DNA of 64,000 nucleotides from the human T2T-CHM13v2.0 reference genome, Homo sapiens, in assembly GCF_009914755.1 (NCBI RefSeq), contig NC_060928.1. One strand, 5' to 3'. A program made the position numbers and the translations under genes. How positions within the stretch are numbered: position 1 is the first letter of the stretch; every line of letters starts with the position of its first letter. A model generated the notes under the pieces. The model was not told the DNA's origin. It did no database searches and saw only the letters and a list, made by a program, of their open reading frames with translations. Of this stretch, positions 16,609-27,171 are shown piece after piece.

Positions 16609-18855
16609 TTCCTGCTTTCTTATATTAATAAGAAAAATAAAATAGTGTTGAAGTGTTGGGGCTGCGAAAATCTTTGGGGGGTGGTATGAAGAGAGAATGG
16701 GCAATGTTTCTCAGGGCTGCTTCGAGCGGGATTAGGGGCGGTGTGGGAACCTAGAGTGGGAGAGATTAAGCTGAAGGGAGGTCTTGTGGTAAGGGGTGAT
16801 ATTGTGGGGTAGTTAGAAGAAACATTTGTCGTATAGAATGATTGGCGATGGCCTGGATATGGTTTTGTATGAATTGAAAAACTAAATGGAATAAGAGAAG
16901 GAGAAAAACAGGTATAAAAGGTAGATATCAGCTGTGATGGCTTGGAGAAACAGTGTAAACTGGCAGTGTAAACAAGAGCAGGGCATGTATGAGTAGTTGA
17001 GAACGGTGAATAGGAGTATGACTAGACAAAAGATAGTAGGGATGACAAGTTTTTTTGGGGCACAGTCTAAGTTGGTCTGGTGTCAAATGAGACTGGGGCC
17101 TAACAAAAAGGAGTATCTATACAGGAGCTCAAATGGGCTGTACCTTGTAGCATTCTGAGGACAGGCCTGAATTCTGAGAAGCAAAAGTGGTAAATGTATT
17201 GTCCAGTCCTTTTTAAGTTAGTGGCTGAGCTTGGTGAGGTGTGTTTTTAAAAGACCTTTAGTCCATTACTAAGAGCCTGAAAAACTGCTTGGCTGATTTG
17301 ACTAATAAAGGCTCACTGTTATCAGACCGTATTGAGGTGGGAAGGCTAAACTGAAGAATTATGGCTGACAGAAGGGAAGAAATGACTGCGGTGGACTTCT
17401 CAGACCCTGTAGGAAAGGCCTTTACTTATTCAGTAAAAGTGTCTATTTAGACTAAGAGGTATTTTAGTTTCCTGACTCAGGCATGTTGAGTAAAGCTAAT
17501 TTGCCAGTTCTGGGTGGGGGCAAATCCTCGAGCTTGATGTGTAGGGAAGGGATGGGGCCTGAATAATCCCTGAGGAGTAGTAGAATAGCAGATGGAACAC
17601 TGAGAAGTTATTTCCTTGAGGATAGATTTCCACAATGGAAAGGAAATGAGAGGTTCTGAGAGGCGGGCTAGTGGCTTGTACTATAGCATAACCTGCCTTT
17701 GCTGGTGTGTGGCGATTAGGCCTGGTGGAACCGCCATCAATAAATCAAGCGTGATCAGGGTGAGGAACAGGAAAGAAGGAAATTTGGGGAAATGGGGTGA
17801 ATGTCAGGTGGGTCAGAGAGATACAGTTATGGGGGTCAGGTGTGGTATCAGGAATAATGTGGGAGGCCAGATTGAAGTCTGGGCCAGGGAAAATGGTAAT
17901 TGTGGGAGACTCAACAAAGAGTGAGTACAGCTGAAGGAGCCGGGGAGCAGAAAGTATATGCATCAGGTATGAGGAAGCAAATAGATTTTGGAAGTTGTGA
18001 ACTTTAGAGAGTGAGTTGAGCATAGTTTGTGATTTTGAGGGCCTCTAAAAGTTTAGAGGCCCTCAAAATCACAAACTATGCTCAACTCACTCTCTAAAGT
18101 TCACAACAACTCCTTTCCTTCCTAGGCATATAGTTAGTGCGATCAGAATTCTTACACAGCGGCAGCCGCTGCATGCAGACATCAGGGCTAGGCTAAAACA
18201 GTAAGGTCAAGTTGTTTGCACAGAAAGGCTACAGGGTGCAGTCCTGGCTGTTGCATAAGAATTCTGATCGCACTAACTATATGCCTAGGAAGGAAAGGAG
18301 TTATTGTTTTGTAAGGGATTGAGGTTTGGGAGATTAATCGGACACGATCAGCAGGGAAAGCACGTATGTTTTTATGAGAATTATGCCGAGATAGGTAACA
18401 GATGAGGATGAAATTTGGGCTTGACTGAAGTAATGGGGGCTGTCTATGAAGCCTTGCGGCAGTACAGCCTTGGTAATTTGCTGAGCCTAATGGGTGTCAG
18501 GGTCAGTCTAAGTGAAGGCGAAGAGAGGCTGGGACGAGGGGTGCAGGGGAATAGTGAAAAAAGCATCTTTAAGATCAAGCACGGAACAGTGAGTTGTGGA
18601 GGAGGGTATTGAGGACAAGAGTGTAGGGGTTTGGCACCACAGGGTGGATAGGCGAAACAATTTGGTTGATAAGGCATAGATCCTGAACTAACTTGTAAGG
18701 CTTGTCTGGCTTTAGGACAGGTAAAATGGGGGAATTGTAAGGATAGTTTATAGGCTTTAAAAGGTCATGCTGTAGCAGGCGAGTGATAACAGGCTTTAAT
18801 CTTTTTAAAGCATGCTGCGGGATGGGAATATTGGCGTTGAGTGGGGTAAGGGTGA

Positions 18856-19272
18856 TTAGGTTTTAATGAGATGGTAAGGGGTGCATGATCGGTCACCAAG
18901 GAGGGAGTAGAGGTATACTTGTGGGTTAAGGTGGGGGGATACAAGAGGAGGACGCAAAGGAGGCTTTGGATTGGGAGGAGGGGCGGCAATGAGATGTAGC
19001 TGTAGTCCAGGAATAGTCAGGGAAGCAGATAATTTAGTTGAAGTGTCTTGGCCTAATAAGAGAACTGGGCAGGTGGGGATAACTAAAAAGGAGTGCTTAA
19101 AAGAGCATTGTCTAAGCTGGCGCCAGAGTTGGGGAGTTTTAAGAGGTTTAGAAGCCTGGCCGTCAATACCCACAACAGTTATGGAGGCAAGGGAAACAGG
19201 CCCTTGAAAAGAAGGTAATGTGGAGTGGGTAGCCTCCATATTGATTAAGAAGGGGACGGGCTTACCTTCCAC
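18856..19272 (-). pseudogene. HERV-H protease / start-of-pol remnant
   Basis: Translation VPFLINMEATHSTLPSFQGPVSLASITVVGIDG...CPVLLLGQD is a retropepsin-like sequence lacking the catalytic Asp. Confidence 0.8.
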
Positions 19273-19452
19273 TGTGAGAGTTACCTGAAGCTCGGCGTCC
19301 GTGATGGTCGAGGGGGCTTCCGAGGTGATCGGGCAGTGTCAGTCTTCAGCCGCTAAGCCAAGAAGATCTGGGAAGGAGTCAGTCAGAGAGCCTTGGGCCA
19401 GAGTTCCAGGGGCTCTGGGAGTGGCTGCCAGGTGAGTTGAACAGTCCGATTT

Positions 19453-19668
19453 TCAGTGGGGTCCCGCACAGATGGGACGCGGTTTAGGAGGAATCCTGGG
19501 CTGCGGACATTCCTTGGCCCAGTGGCCAGATTTCCGGCACGTGTAGCAAGCTCCTGGGGAAGGAGGTTCTGGAGGAACGCCTGGCTGCTGCGGTTCAGGC
19601 GTTTGGAAGTTCTTGTGTGCTGGAGATGTGGCTGGGGTTTGTCTCACGGTGGAGGCAAGGAATTGCAA
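19453..19668 (-). pseudogene. HERV-H gag nucleocapsid remnant
   Basis: CYTCRKSGHWAKEC is a CX2CX4HX4C zinc knuckle. Confidence 0.85.
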
Positions 19669-20649
19669 CTTTTTTATATTATTGTACGCCTTGAAGGCAA
19701 TGTTAATTAAATCCTGTTGTGGGGTTTGAGGGCCGGAATTTAATTTTTGGAGTTTTATTTAATGTCGGGAGCAGATTGGGTAATAAAATGTATTTTGAGA
19801 ATAAGACGGCCTTTTGACCTTTTAGGGTCTAGGGCTGTAAAGTGTCTCAGGGTTGCTGCCGAACGAGCCATGAATGGGGCTGGATTTTTATATTTGATGA
19901 AAAAGAGCCTAAATGCTTCTGATTTAGGATAAAGAAAAAGGAGCTTTAACCTTGACTACGCCTTTGGCTCCAGCCACCTTTTTAAGGGTAAATTGCTGGG
20001 CAGGTGCGGGAGGGCAAGTGGCAGAATGAAACTGAAAGCTGGACCAGGTGTGAGGAGGGGAGGTGATAAAAGGATTACAGGGTGGAGGAGCAGAGGCTGA
20101 GGAAGAATTGGGACCTGGCTCGGCCTGGCGAGGAGCAGCCTGGGGAGGAAGGGAGAGGTCAGATGGGTCTGTAGAAAAGGAAGATTAGAAAGACTCAGGG
20201 ACGCTTGGGGTTGGTACTGAGGGGACAGGCGGGAGGGAAAGAAGGAAGATTTGGGACGAGTTGCACTGGGCACAGAGACTAGGAAGGGACTGATGTGTAA
20301 AAGAATGCCTGGACATCAGGCACCTCAGACCGTTTGCCTATTTTACGACAAGAAATATTTAGATCTTGCAGGATGGAAAAATTCAAAGTGCCATTTTCTG
20401 GCTATTTGGAACTACTGTCAAATTTGTATTGGGGTCAAGCGGCATTGCAGAAGAAAATAAGGCATTTAGGTTTCAGGTCAGGTGTGAGTTGAAGAGGTTT
20501 TAAGTTTTTGAGCACACAGGCCAAGGGAGTAGAAGGAGGAATGGAGGGTGGAAGGTTGCCCATAGTGAAGGAAGCAAGCCTAGAGAAAAGAGAGAGTAGA
20601 GAAATGGAGGGAAGGGGTTCGGAGGTTCTTACCTTCCAGAAAAGTGGGA

Positions 20650-21140
20650 AAAGGGGTTGGGGCGCAGAGATAAGAGGTCGGGGCAGGGAAATAAGGGATG
20701 GGGCACAGAAATAAGGGGTCAGGGCATGGAAATAAGGGATTGGGGCACAGAGATAAGAGGTCGGGGTGTGGAAATAAGGGATTGAGGTGCAGAGATATAA
20801 GAGGTTGTTGCACGGAAATAAGGGATTGGGGCACAGAGATAAGAGGTTGTTGCACGGAAATAAGAGATTGGGGCACAGAGATAAGAGGTTGGGGCACAGA
20901 AATAAGGGATTGGGGATTCTTGCCCAGTAGAAAAGCAGGACTTGCCACTAAGGGTGAAGGAGAAGGGGTTGAGGGGTACTTGCCCCTCTCCCAGAAAAGC
21001 AGAGAAGGGGTAGAGACAAGGAGAGAAGGGGTTGGGGTACTTGCCCTGTCCCCAGAAAAGCAGAGAAGGGGTAGAGACAAGGACAGAAGGGGTTGGGGTA
21101 CTTGACCCTTCTCCAGAAAAGCGGGACTTGCCGCTAAGGG
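20650..21140. repeat. Tandem repeats of the HERV-H leader region
   Basis: Repeated gg(g)cacagagataagagg/gaaataagggat units (~20 bp) and ~60-bp agaaaagcagagaaggggtagagac units, typical of the HERV-H leader. Confidence 0.8.
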
Positions 21141-21420
21141 TGAAGGACCAAGGCAGGCGTCCCTGCGTGGTCTGACATCCTTGAAACATGGGTGTATAAT
21201 CAGAGAGGTGTCCCTGCAATGATTAAACACCAAGGGAAGGCTGCCTTCCCAGTCCGTGACCGGCACCGGAGTTTTGGGTCCATGGATAAAATGTGTCTCC
21301 TTTGTCTCTCCCAGAAAATGAAAGGAATTGAAATTAAGAGAAGGGAGAGATTGAAGAGTGGAAAGGAGAAAGTGGTTGAGGGACAGTGAGAGAGGTTGGA
21401 GAAGAGAGTAAGAAGAGGCC

Positions 21421-21429
21421 GCTTACCTG
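21421..21429 (-). other. HERV-H major splice donor CAG|GTAAGC
   Basis: gcttacctg on the plus strand is a consensus donor about 145 nt downstream of the 5' LTR. Confidence 0.7.
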
Positions 21430-21552
21430 ATTTAAAATCGGTGAGATGTTCCTTAGGCTGGCTGGTCTGAGGACCTGAGGTCATAGGTGGATCTTTCTCA
21501 CGGAGCAAAGAACAGGAGGACAGGGGATTGAGCTCCCAAGGGAGGTCCCCCG

Positions 21553-21570
21553 ATCCGAGTCATGGCACCA
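21553..21570 (-). other. Primer binding site complementary to tRNA-His
   Basis: Minus strand reads TGGTGCCATGACTCGGAT, one mismatch from the His PBS TGGTGCCGTGACTCGGAT, 2 nt from the 5' LTR. Confidence 0.92.
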
Positions 21571-21572
21571 AA

Positions 21573-22022
21573 TTTCATGCGTGTCCATGTGAAGAGACCA
21601 CCAAACAGGCTTTGTGTGAGCAATAAAGCTTTTAATCACCTGTGTGCAGGTGGGTTGAGTCAGAAAAGAGAGTCAGCGAAGGGAGATAAGGGTGGAGCCA
21701 TTTTATAGGATTTGGGTAGGTAAAGGAAAATTACAGTCAAAGGGGATTTGTTCTCTGGCAGGCAGGAGTGGGGGTCGCAAGGTGCTCAGTGGGGGTGATT
21801 TTGGGCCAGGATGAGCCGGGAGAAGGACTTTCACAAGGTAATGTCATCAGTTAAGGCAAGGACCGGCCATTTACACTTCTTTTGTGGTGGAATGTAATCA
21901 GTTAAGGTGGGGCAGGGCATATTCACTTCTTTTGTGATTCTTCAGTTACTTCAGGCCATCTGGGTGTATACGTGCAGGTCACAGGGGATGCGATGGCTTG
22001 GCTTGGGCTCAGAGGCCTGACA
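21573..22022 (-). promoter_or_regulatory. LTR7, 5' LTR/promoter of HERV-H
   Basis: LTR7 sequence; TATAAAA on the minus strand at 21701-21707; ACAAAAG SOX-like motifs; ATTAAA-type poly(A) signal in R. Confidence 0.95.
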
Positions 22023-22788
22023 CTGATCATTAGAGAAATGTAAATCAAAACCACAATGAGAGCCATTTCATGCCAGTCAGAATGGTGATTATTAAAAAGT
22101 CAGGAAACAATAGATGCTGGTGAGACTGTGGAGAAATAGGAATGCTTTTACTCTGCAGATGAGAATGTAAATTACTTCAACCATTGTAGAAGACAGTGTG
22201 ACGTATCCTCAAGAATCTAGAACCAGAAATACCATTTGACCCAGCAATCCCATTACTGGGTATATACCCAAAGGATTATAAATCATTCTGTGGTAAAGAC
22301 ACATGCACATGTATGTTTATTGCAGCACTGTTCACAATAGCAAAGACATGGAACCAACGGAAATGCCCATCAGTGATAGACTGGATAAAGAAAATGTGGC
22401 ACATATACACCATGGAATACTATGCAGCCATAAAAAAGGATGAGTTCATGTCCTTTGCAGGGACATGGATGAAGATGGAAGACTTCATCCTCAGCAAACT
22501 GACACAGGAAGAGAAAACCAAACACTGCATGTTCTCACTCACAAGTGGAAGTTGAACAATGAGAACACATGGACATAAAGAGGGGAACAACACACATCAG
22601 GGTCAGTCAGGGGGTGGGAGGTGAAGGGAGGGAGAGCATTAGGACAAACAGCTAAGGTATGTGGGGCTTAAAACCTAGACGGCGGGTTTATAGGTGCAGC
22701 AAACCACCTGGCACAGGTATACTTACATAACAAACCTGCATGTTCTGCTCCTATATCCTGGAACTTAAAGTCAAATTTAAAAAAAAAA

Positions 22789-23266
22789 TGGAGTTCAGGT
22801 TCAGACAAGTAAACAGAGAAAAAGGCAGATTTCTGAGAGCTAAGGGCATATGGATTGAAAATGAAGGCTACAGGACAGAATGCTTATTTGAAAGGACTGG
22901 CAGTGCAAGAAGAAAGAAAGAGGACTTTATATTATGTGTTAAACTTAATGAACCTGGGGGAACTTTTTCAGTCCATTATTTTAATCTTAATAATAAAATT
23001 CTTTTTAAAAGCCCCACTATGCTATAATCTGAATTAAGCTATACTGTCAGTCAAATCCTGTCCGGTCCCCTGTGTGCATGGCACTATACAGCACACTGGT
23101 CTGAATACACCAAAGAGAAACCACATGAGTATTGGCCCCGTCCACCCCATTCCTATCTGTGTTATTACAGGATTGAATTGTAATTTGAAATTAAAAATTA
23201 ATGTTGTTTTGGTACTTTAATACATTTATTACCTGAAATAAATTACATTTCTCTTTAAAAAAAAAA
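22789..23266 (+). other. Putative L1 3'-transduced unique sequence with its own AATAAA and poly-A
   Basis: Lies between the L1 poly-A and a second A10 tract (23257-23266) 14 nt after AATAAA (23237-23242), followed by the degenerate TSD copy. Confidence 0.7.
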
Positions 23267-23453
23267 CAGCCCTTGAATAAGATGGGTTTAAACTATGTGG
23301 GTCGACTTTTTTCAATGAAACATGGATCAGAAGATGCAGTATTCAGGGCATGTGAAACCCACATATAATGAGGGCAAACTGTTAATTTATGCGAGCTCTG
23401 TAGGGCTGACCCAGTGCTGGAACAAATTCCCTGGGTTTACCGAGGGACAGCTG
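23267..23453 (+). mobile_element. MER2/Tigger2-family MITE (TcMar-Tigger); an intact copy of its left TIR survives at 15671-15680
   Basis: cccttgaataagatgggtttaaact...gcagtattc...ccgagggacagctg followed by TA. The right TIR reverse complement CAGCTGTCCCTC resembles CAGTTGGCCCTT. Confidence 0.75.
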
Positions 23454-23455
23454 TA

Positions 23456-23540
23456 AGTTGAAGACACACAGCTAATAAAAGGCAGAGTGTAGACTTAAAA
23501 CCTGGTTTTCTAGCTAATACAGTCCATGCTTTTATACTAC
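23456..23540. mobile_element. MIR core, right half
   Basis: aagacacacagctaataaaaggcagagtgtagacttaaaacctggtt...gtccatgctttt continues the MIR that breaks off at 15670. Confidence 0.65.
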
Positions 23541-23754
23541 CTAAAGCTGGCTATTATGAAACAATAGTAATGCTAATTATTACAATAATAAGCCCACATA
23601 ATAACAAAATGCAGTCATGATAAATTTGTTTTTTCCTTAATTAGGACAATTTTATTTTACAAAGGAAGATCACCAACACTTTCTTATTTCTAGCAGTGTT
23701 CAAGTACAAATATTTCCAAATAGTGCAGAATGATTACTACAATACTAGTAATCC

Positions 23755-24168
23755 TACAGTGTAAGATTTTTCGACTTTACAATGGTGCATAGGTGATGGG
23801 CACTCAGTAGACACCGCATTTTGAACTGAGCTCTTTGCCTGGGCTAGCAGCATGTGGTAGGAAGACTCTTGGGATGCAGATCGGGGCGGCCAGCCCCAGC
23901 TTCCAGGAAGCTGGGAAATCCAGGGGAATCAACCAACACCACACTCCACAGTGCGCTGTGTTCATGAATGACATGAGATATGCAATACTTTTTTATAAAA
24001 GGCTTCATATTAGATGATTCTGCCAATCATGGGCTAATGTAAGTGTTCTGGGTATATTTAAGGTAGGCGAGACCTGTGATGTTCTGTAGGTGAGATATAT
24101 TAAATGCATTTTCCAATTACGATGGGTTTGTCAGGATGTAACCCTATTATGTCAAGTAGGAGCATCTG
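23755..24168 (-). mobile_element. Tigger5/MER47-like DNA transposon fossil
   Basis: Ends ...ttaaatgcattttccaattacgatgggtttgtcaggatgtaaccc...aagtaggagcatctg followed by TA. Confidence 0.75.
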
Positions 24169-24549
24169 TACTAGTACTACTACTAATAAACTACTAGTAA
24201 AACGTGAGAGTTGTTTTTGCTGCTTTGGAAGTTGTTCCTTCTTAGCAAGCGGCAGCATTGTGGAAGCAAATGCAGATAATTTGGGGAAGATGCTGCCGTT
24301 CAGCCTCCCCTGGCTCAGCCATCTTCCTACCACTGGGGGAGGAGATCCGTGCTGGCAAAAGCTGGATCACACTTGTGGTTAGTTGCCACTAACTAAATCA
24401 GGCTTGGAAATAAGATCGTTTGTCACCAGAATACTTTAAATTATCTTCCTCATGCTGGACTCTGTCCTTGCAAAACTGAGTGAATTCTCCATGTTTCGTC
24501 TTCTCACCATGGGGCCAGATGGTCTTATCCACTCTAGTTCATGCTTTGG

Positions 24550-25611
24550 TGTCTAAAACACCAAAAGCAATGGCAACAAAAGCCAAAATTGACAAATGGG
24601 ATCTAAGTAAACTAAAGAGCTTCTGCACTGGAAAAGAAACTATCATCAGAGTGAACAGGCAACTTACAGAATGGGAGAAAATTTTTGCAATCTACTCATC
24701 TGACAAAGGGCTAATATCCAGAATCTACAAAGAACTCAAACAAATTTACAAGAAAAAAACAAACAACCCTATCAAAATGTGGGTGAAGGATATGAACAGA
24801 CAATTCTCAAAAGAAGACATTTATGCAGCCAAAAGACACATGAAAAAATGCTCACCATCACTGGCCATCAGAGAAATGCAAATCAAAACCACAATGAGAT
24901 ACCATCTCACACCAATTAGAATGGCAATCATTAAAAAGTCAGGAAACAACAGGTGCTGGAGAGGATGTGGAGAAAGAGGAACACTTTTACACTGTTGGTG
25001 GGACTGTAAACTAGTTCAGCCACTGTGGAAGTCAGTGTGGCGATTCCTCAGGGATCCAGAACTAGAAATACCATTTGACCCAGCCATCCCATTACTGGGT
25101 ATATACCCAAAGGATTATAAATCATGCTGCTATAAAGACACACGCACACATATGTTTATTGTGGCACTATTCACAATAGCAAAGACTTGGAACCAACCCA
25201 AAAGTCCCACAATGATAGACTGGATTAAGAAAATGTGGCACATATACACCATGGAATACTATGCAGCCATAAAAATTGATGAGTTAATGTCCTTTGTAGG
25301 GATGTGGATGAAGCTGGAAACCATCATTCTCAGCAAACTATCGCAAGGACAAAAAAACAAACACCACATGTTCTCACTCATAGGTGGGAACTGAACAATG
25401 AGAACACTTGGACACAGGAAGGGGAACATCACACACCAGGGCCTGTTGTAGGGTAGGGGGAGGGGGGAGGGATAGCATTAGGAGATATACCTAATGTAAA
25501 TGACGAGTTAATGGGTGCAGCACACCAACATGGCACATGTATACATATGTAAAAAACCAGCACATTGTGCACATGTACCCTAAAACAAAACAAAACAAAA
25601 CAAAAAAAGAA
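24550..25611 (+). mobile_element. 5'-truncated L1PA (L1PA4/5-like)
   Basis: Open ORF2 C-terminus (24480-25394; [18 protein letters not shown] cysteine-rich domain), L1 3'UTR and a (CAAAA)n tail. Confidence 0.95.
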
Positions 25612-26712
25612 GCCCTCACTTCTTTGAAACTACAGACCCATTTAGTTTGCAGAGTGTGCCGCCTTCTCGCTGCCAGGCAGGGCAGGGGTTTTCAGAATCT
25701 GAAGTCATTTCACTGCTTCTGGTTTGCCTCAGTAGTGAAGCATTCTGGGAAGATGTTCACAGGGGACTGGAGGCAGGTGGAGGGAACCAAACATACTCAA
25801 AACACGATCCATGCCTTCCTCCAAGGCTGTCGCTTGAGGTACACTTTTAGGAAAGTAGGAACAGAAACCAGAGTCGCTGAAGAATGGATTCCAAATGCTC
25901 TAAGATCTTTCACTTAAGCTGCAAATCAACTCACATCTTAGAATGTCATTTGAAAAACAGAAATCCCAGTGTTTGGAAGCCAAAGACATTGGTTGATAAA
26001 TAATTTAACATGAGAAATACACTCATGTAGCTTTAGAACTGGAAAGACCATGAGAGGCTCTCAACTGATACCCACTGTGGTGTCAATGAGAAATCTAAGA
26101 ACATTTAAATGAAGCTTGTTTACACTAAGGGGTTTTTGTTGTGGTTGTTTTCAACTGCATGTTTGCATGTCCTAATTTACTTATAAAGTATTATGTCTTT
26201 CGTTTCTATAATCAGTAAAATGGAATTTTTAAATTAAAATTCAAGGGAAATTGACTACTGGGATTCCCTTGAAGTCGTGCGTTTATGAAGTGATGTTGAG
26301 CTGATCCACTGTGAAAAAGCAGACTTTGGCTTGATGACAATGAGGCATTGTGTACGTGCTACACACAAGCCAGGAGAAGAGTGTGAATCTGTCATCCTGA
26401 GCAATGAGGAAAATGAACTCATCAGCAGTGATAGGAAAAAGCAGTCACTGGCCCAAAAAAGCAGGGAGAACTACGTAAAAAACAAATCAAGTGCCAGCCT
26501 CAAGTTCAGTATTGCTAAAACTCTCTCGCCACATTTCTGGTTAATGTTTTTGTGTCTCAAAAAATAGTTACCTTTGGTCTAGTTTTTTTTCTCATGGGAA
26601 CAATGCTTTGCATTCACAAAAGTACCTCTTTCAAAAACTCTACGTTACAAATATATTATTAATCTTTTGTGTTGTACAGGTAGCTCCTGCCTCCTGGCTG
26701 GGTGCAAAATGC

Positions 26713-27028
26713 GTTTCTTTGTTTGTTTGTTTGTTTTTGTTTTTTTGAGATGGAGTCTTGCTGTCTCACCCAGGCTGGAGGGCAGTGGCGTGATCTCGGC
26801 TTACTGCAACGTCCACCTTCTGGTTTTAAACGATTCTCCTGCCTCAGCCTCCTGAGTAGCTGTGACTACAAGCACTCGCCACCAGGCCTGGCTAATTTTT
26901 ATATTTTTGGTAGAGTCAGGATTTCCCCATGTTCGCCAGACTGGTCTCAATCTCCTGACCTTAGGTGACCCACCTTGCTCAGCCTCCCAACATGTTGGGA
27001 TTACAGGCGTGAGCCACTGTGCCTGGGC
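26713..27028 (-). mobile_element. AluS (Sx/Sz-like)
   Basis: Reverse-strand dimeric Alu with a (TTTG)n tail; short flanking repeat AAAATGC. Confidence 0.92.
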
Positions 27029-27171
27029 AAAATGCACATTTGGACTGAATGAGGAAGCCCAAGCCCTTTCTACTGTGTTTTCAATTTTGTTTTTCTACTC
27101 TCCTCCCTCACCCTTCACTCTGCGGATCCCATCTATGCAGCGACTACTCCCATTCAACCTGCGTCTGCCCT

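Larger units (their letters stand above)
16156..22022 (-). mobile_element. HERV-H provirus (common internally deleted ~5.9-kb form) with two LTR7s
   Basis: Two LTRs, tRNA-His PBS, PPT, gag zinc knuckle, protease remnant and 5-bp TSD CTGAT (16151-16155 and 22023-22027). Confidence 0.97.
15681..22788 (+). mobile_element. 5'-truncated L1PA (L1PA7/8-like), split by HERV-H into 15681-16155 and 22023-22788
   Basis: ORF2 C-terminal remnants ([12 protein letters not shown]..., [12 protein letters not shown]...); colinear across the CTGAT TSD; L1 3'UTR and poly-A at 22779-22788. Confidence 0.92.

Noticed and set aside
16609-21552. Coding-competent or replication-competent HERV-H
   Set aside because: gag/pro/pol are fragmented, the protease lacks the catalytic Asp, and the element is too short to hold full pol and env.
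24480-25394. 304-aa open ORF
   Set aside because: C-terminal part of L1 ORF2p in a 5'-truncated copy; it has no EN or RT domain and no promoter.
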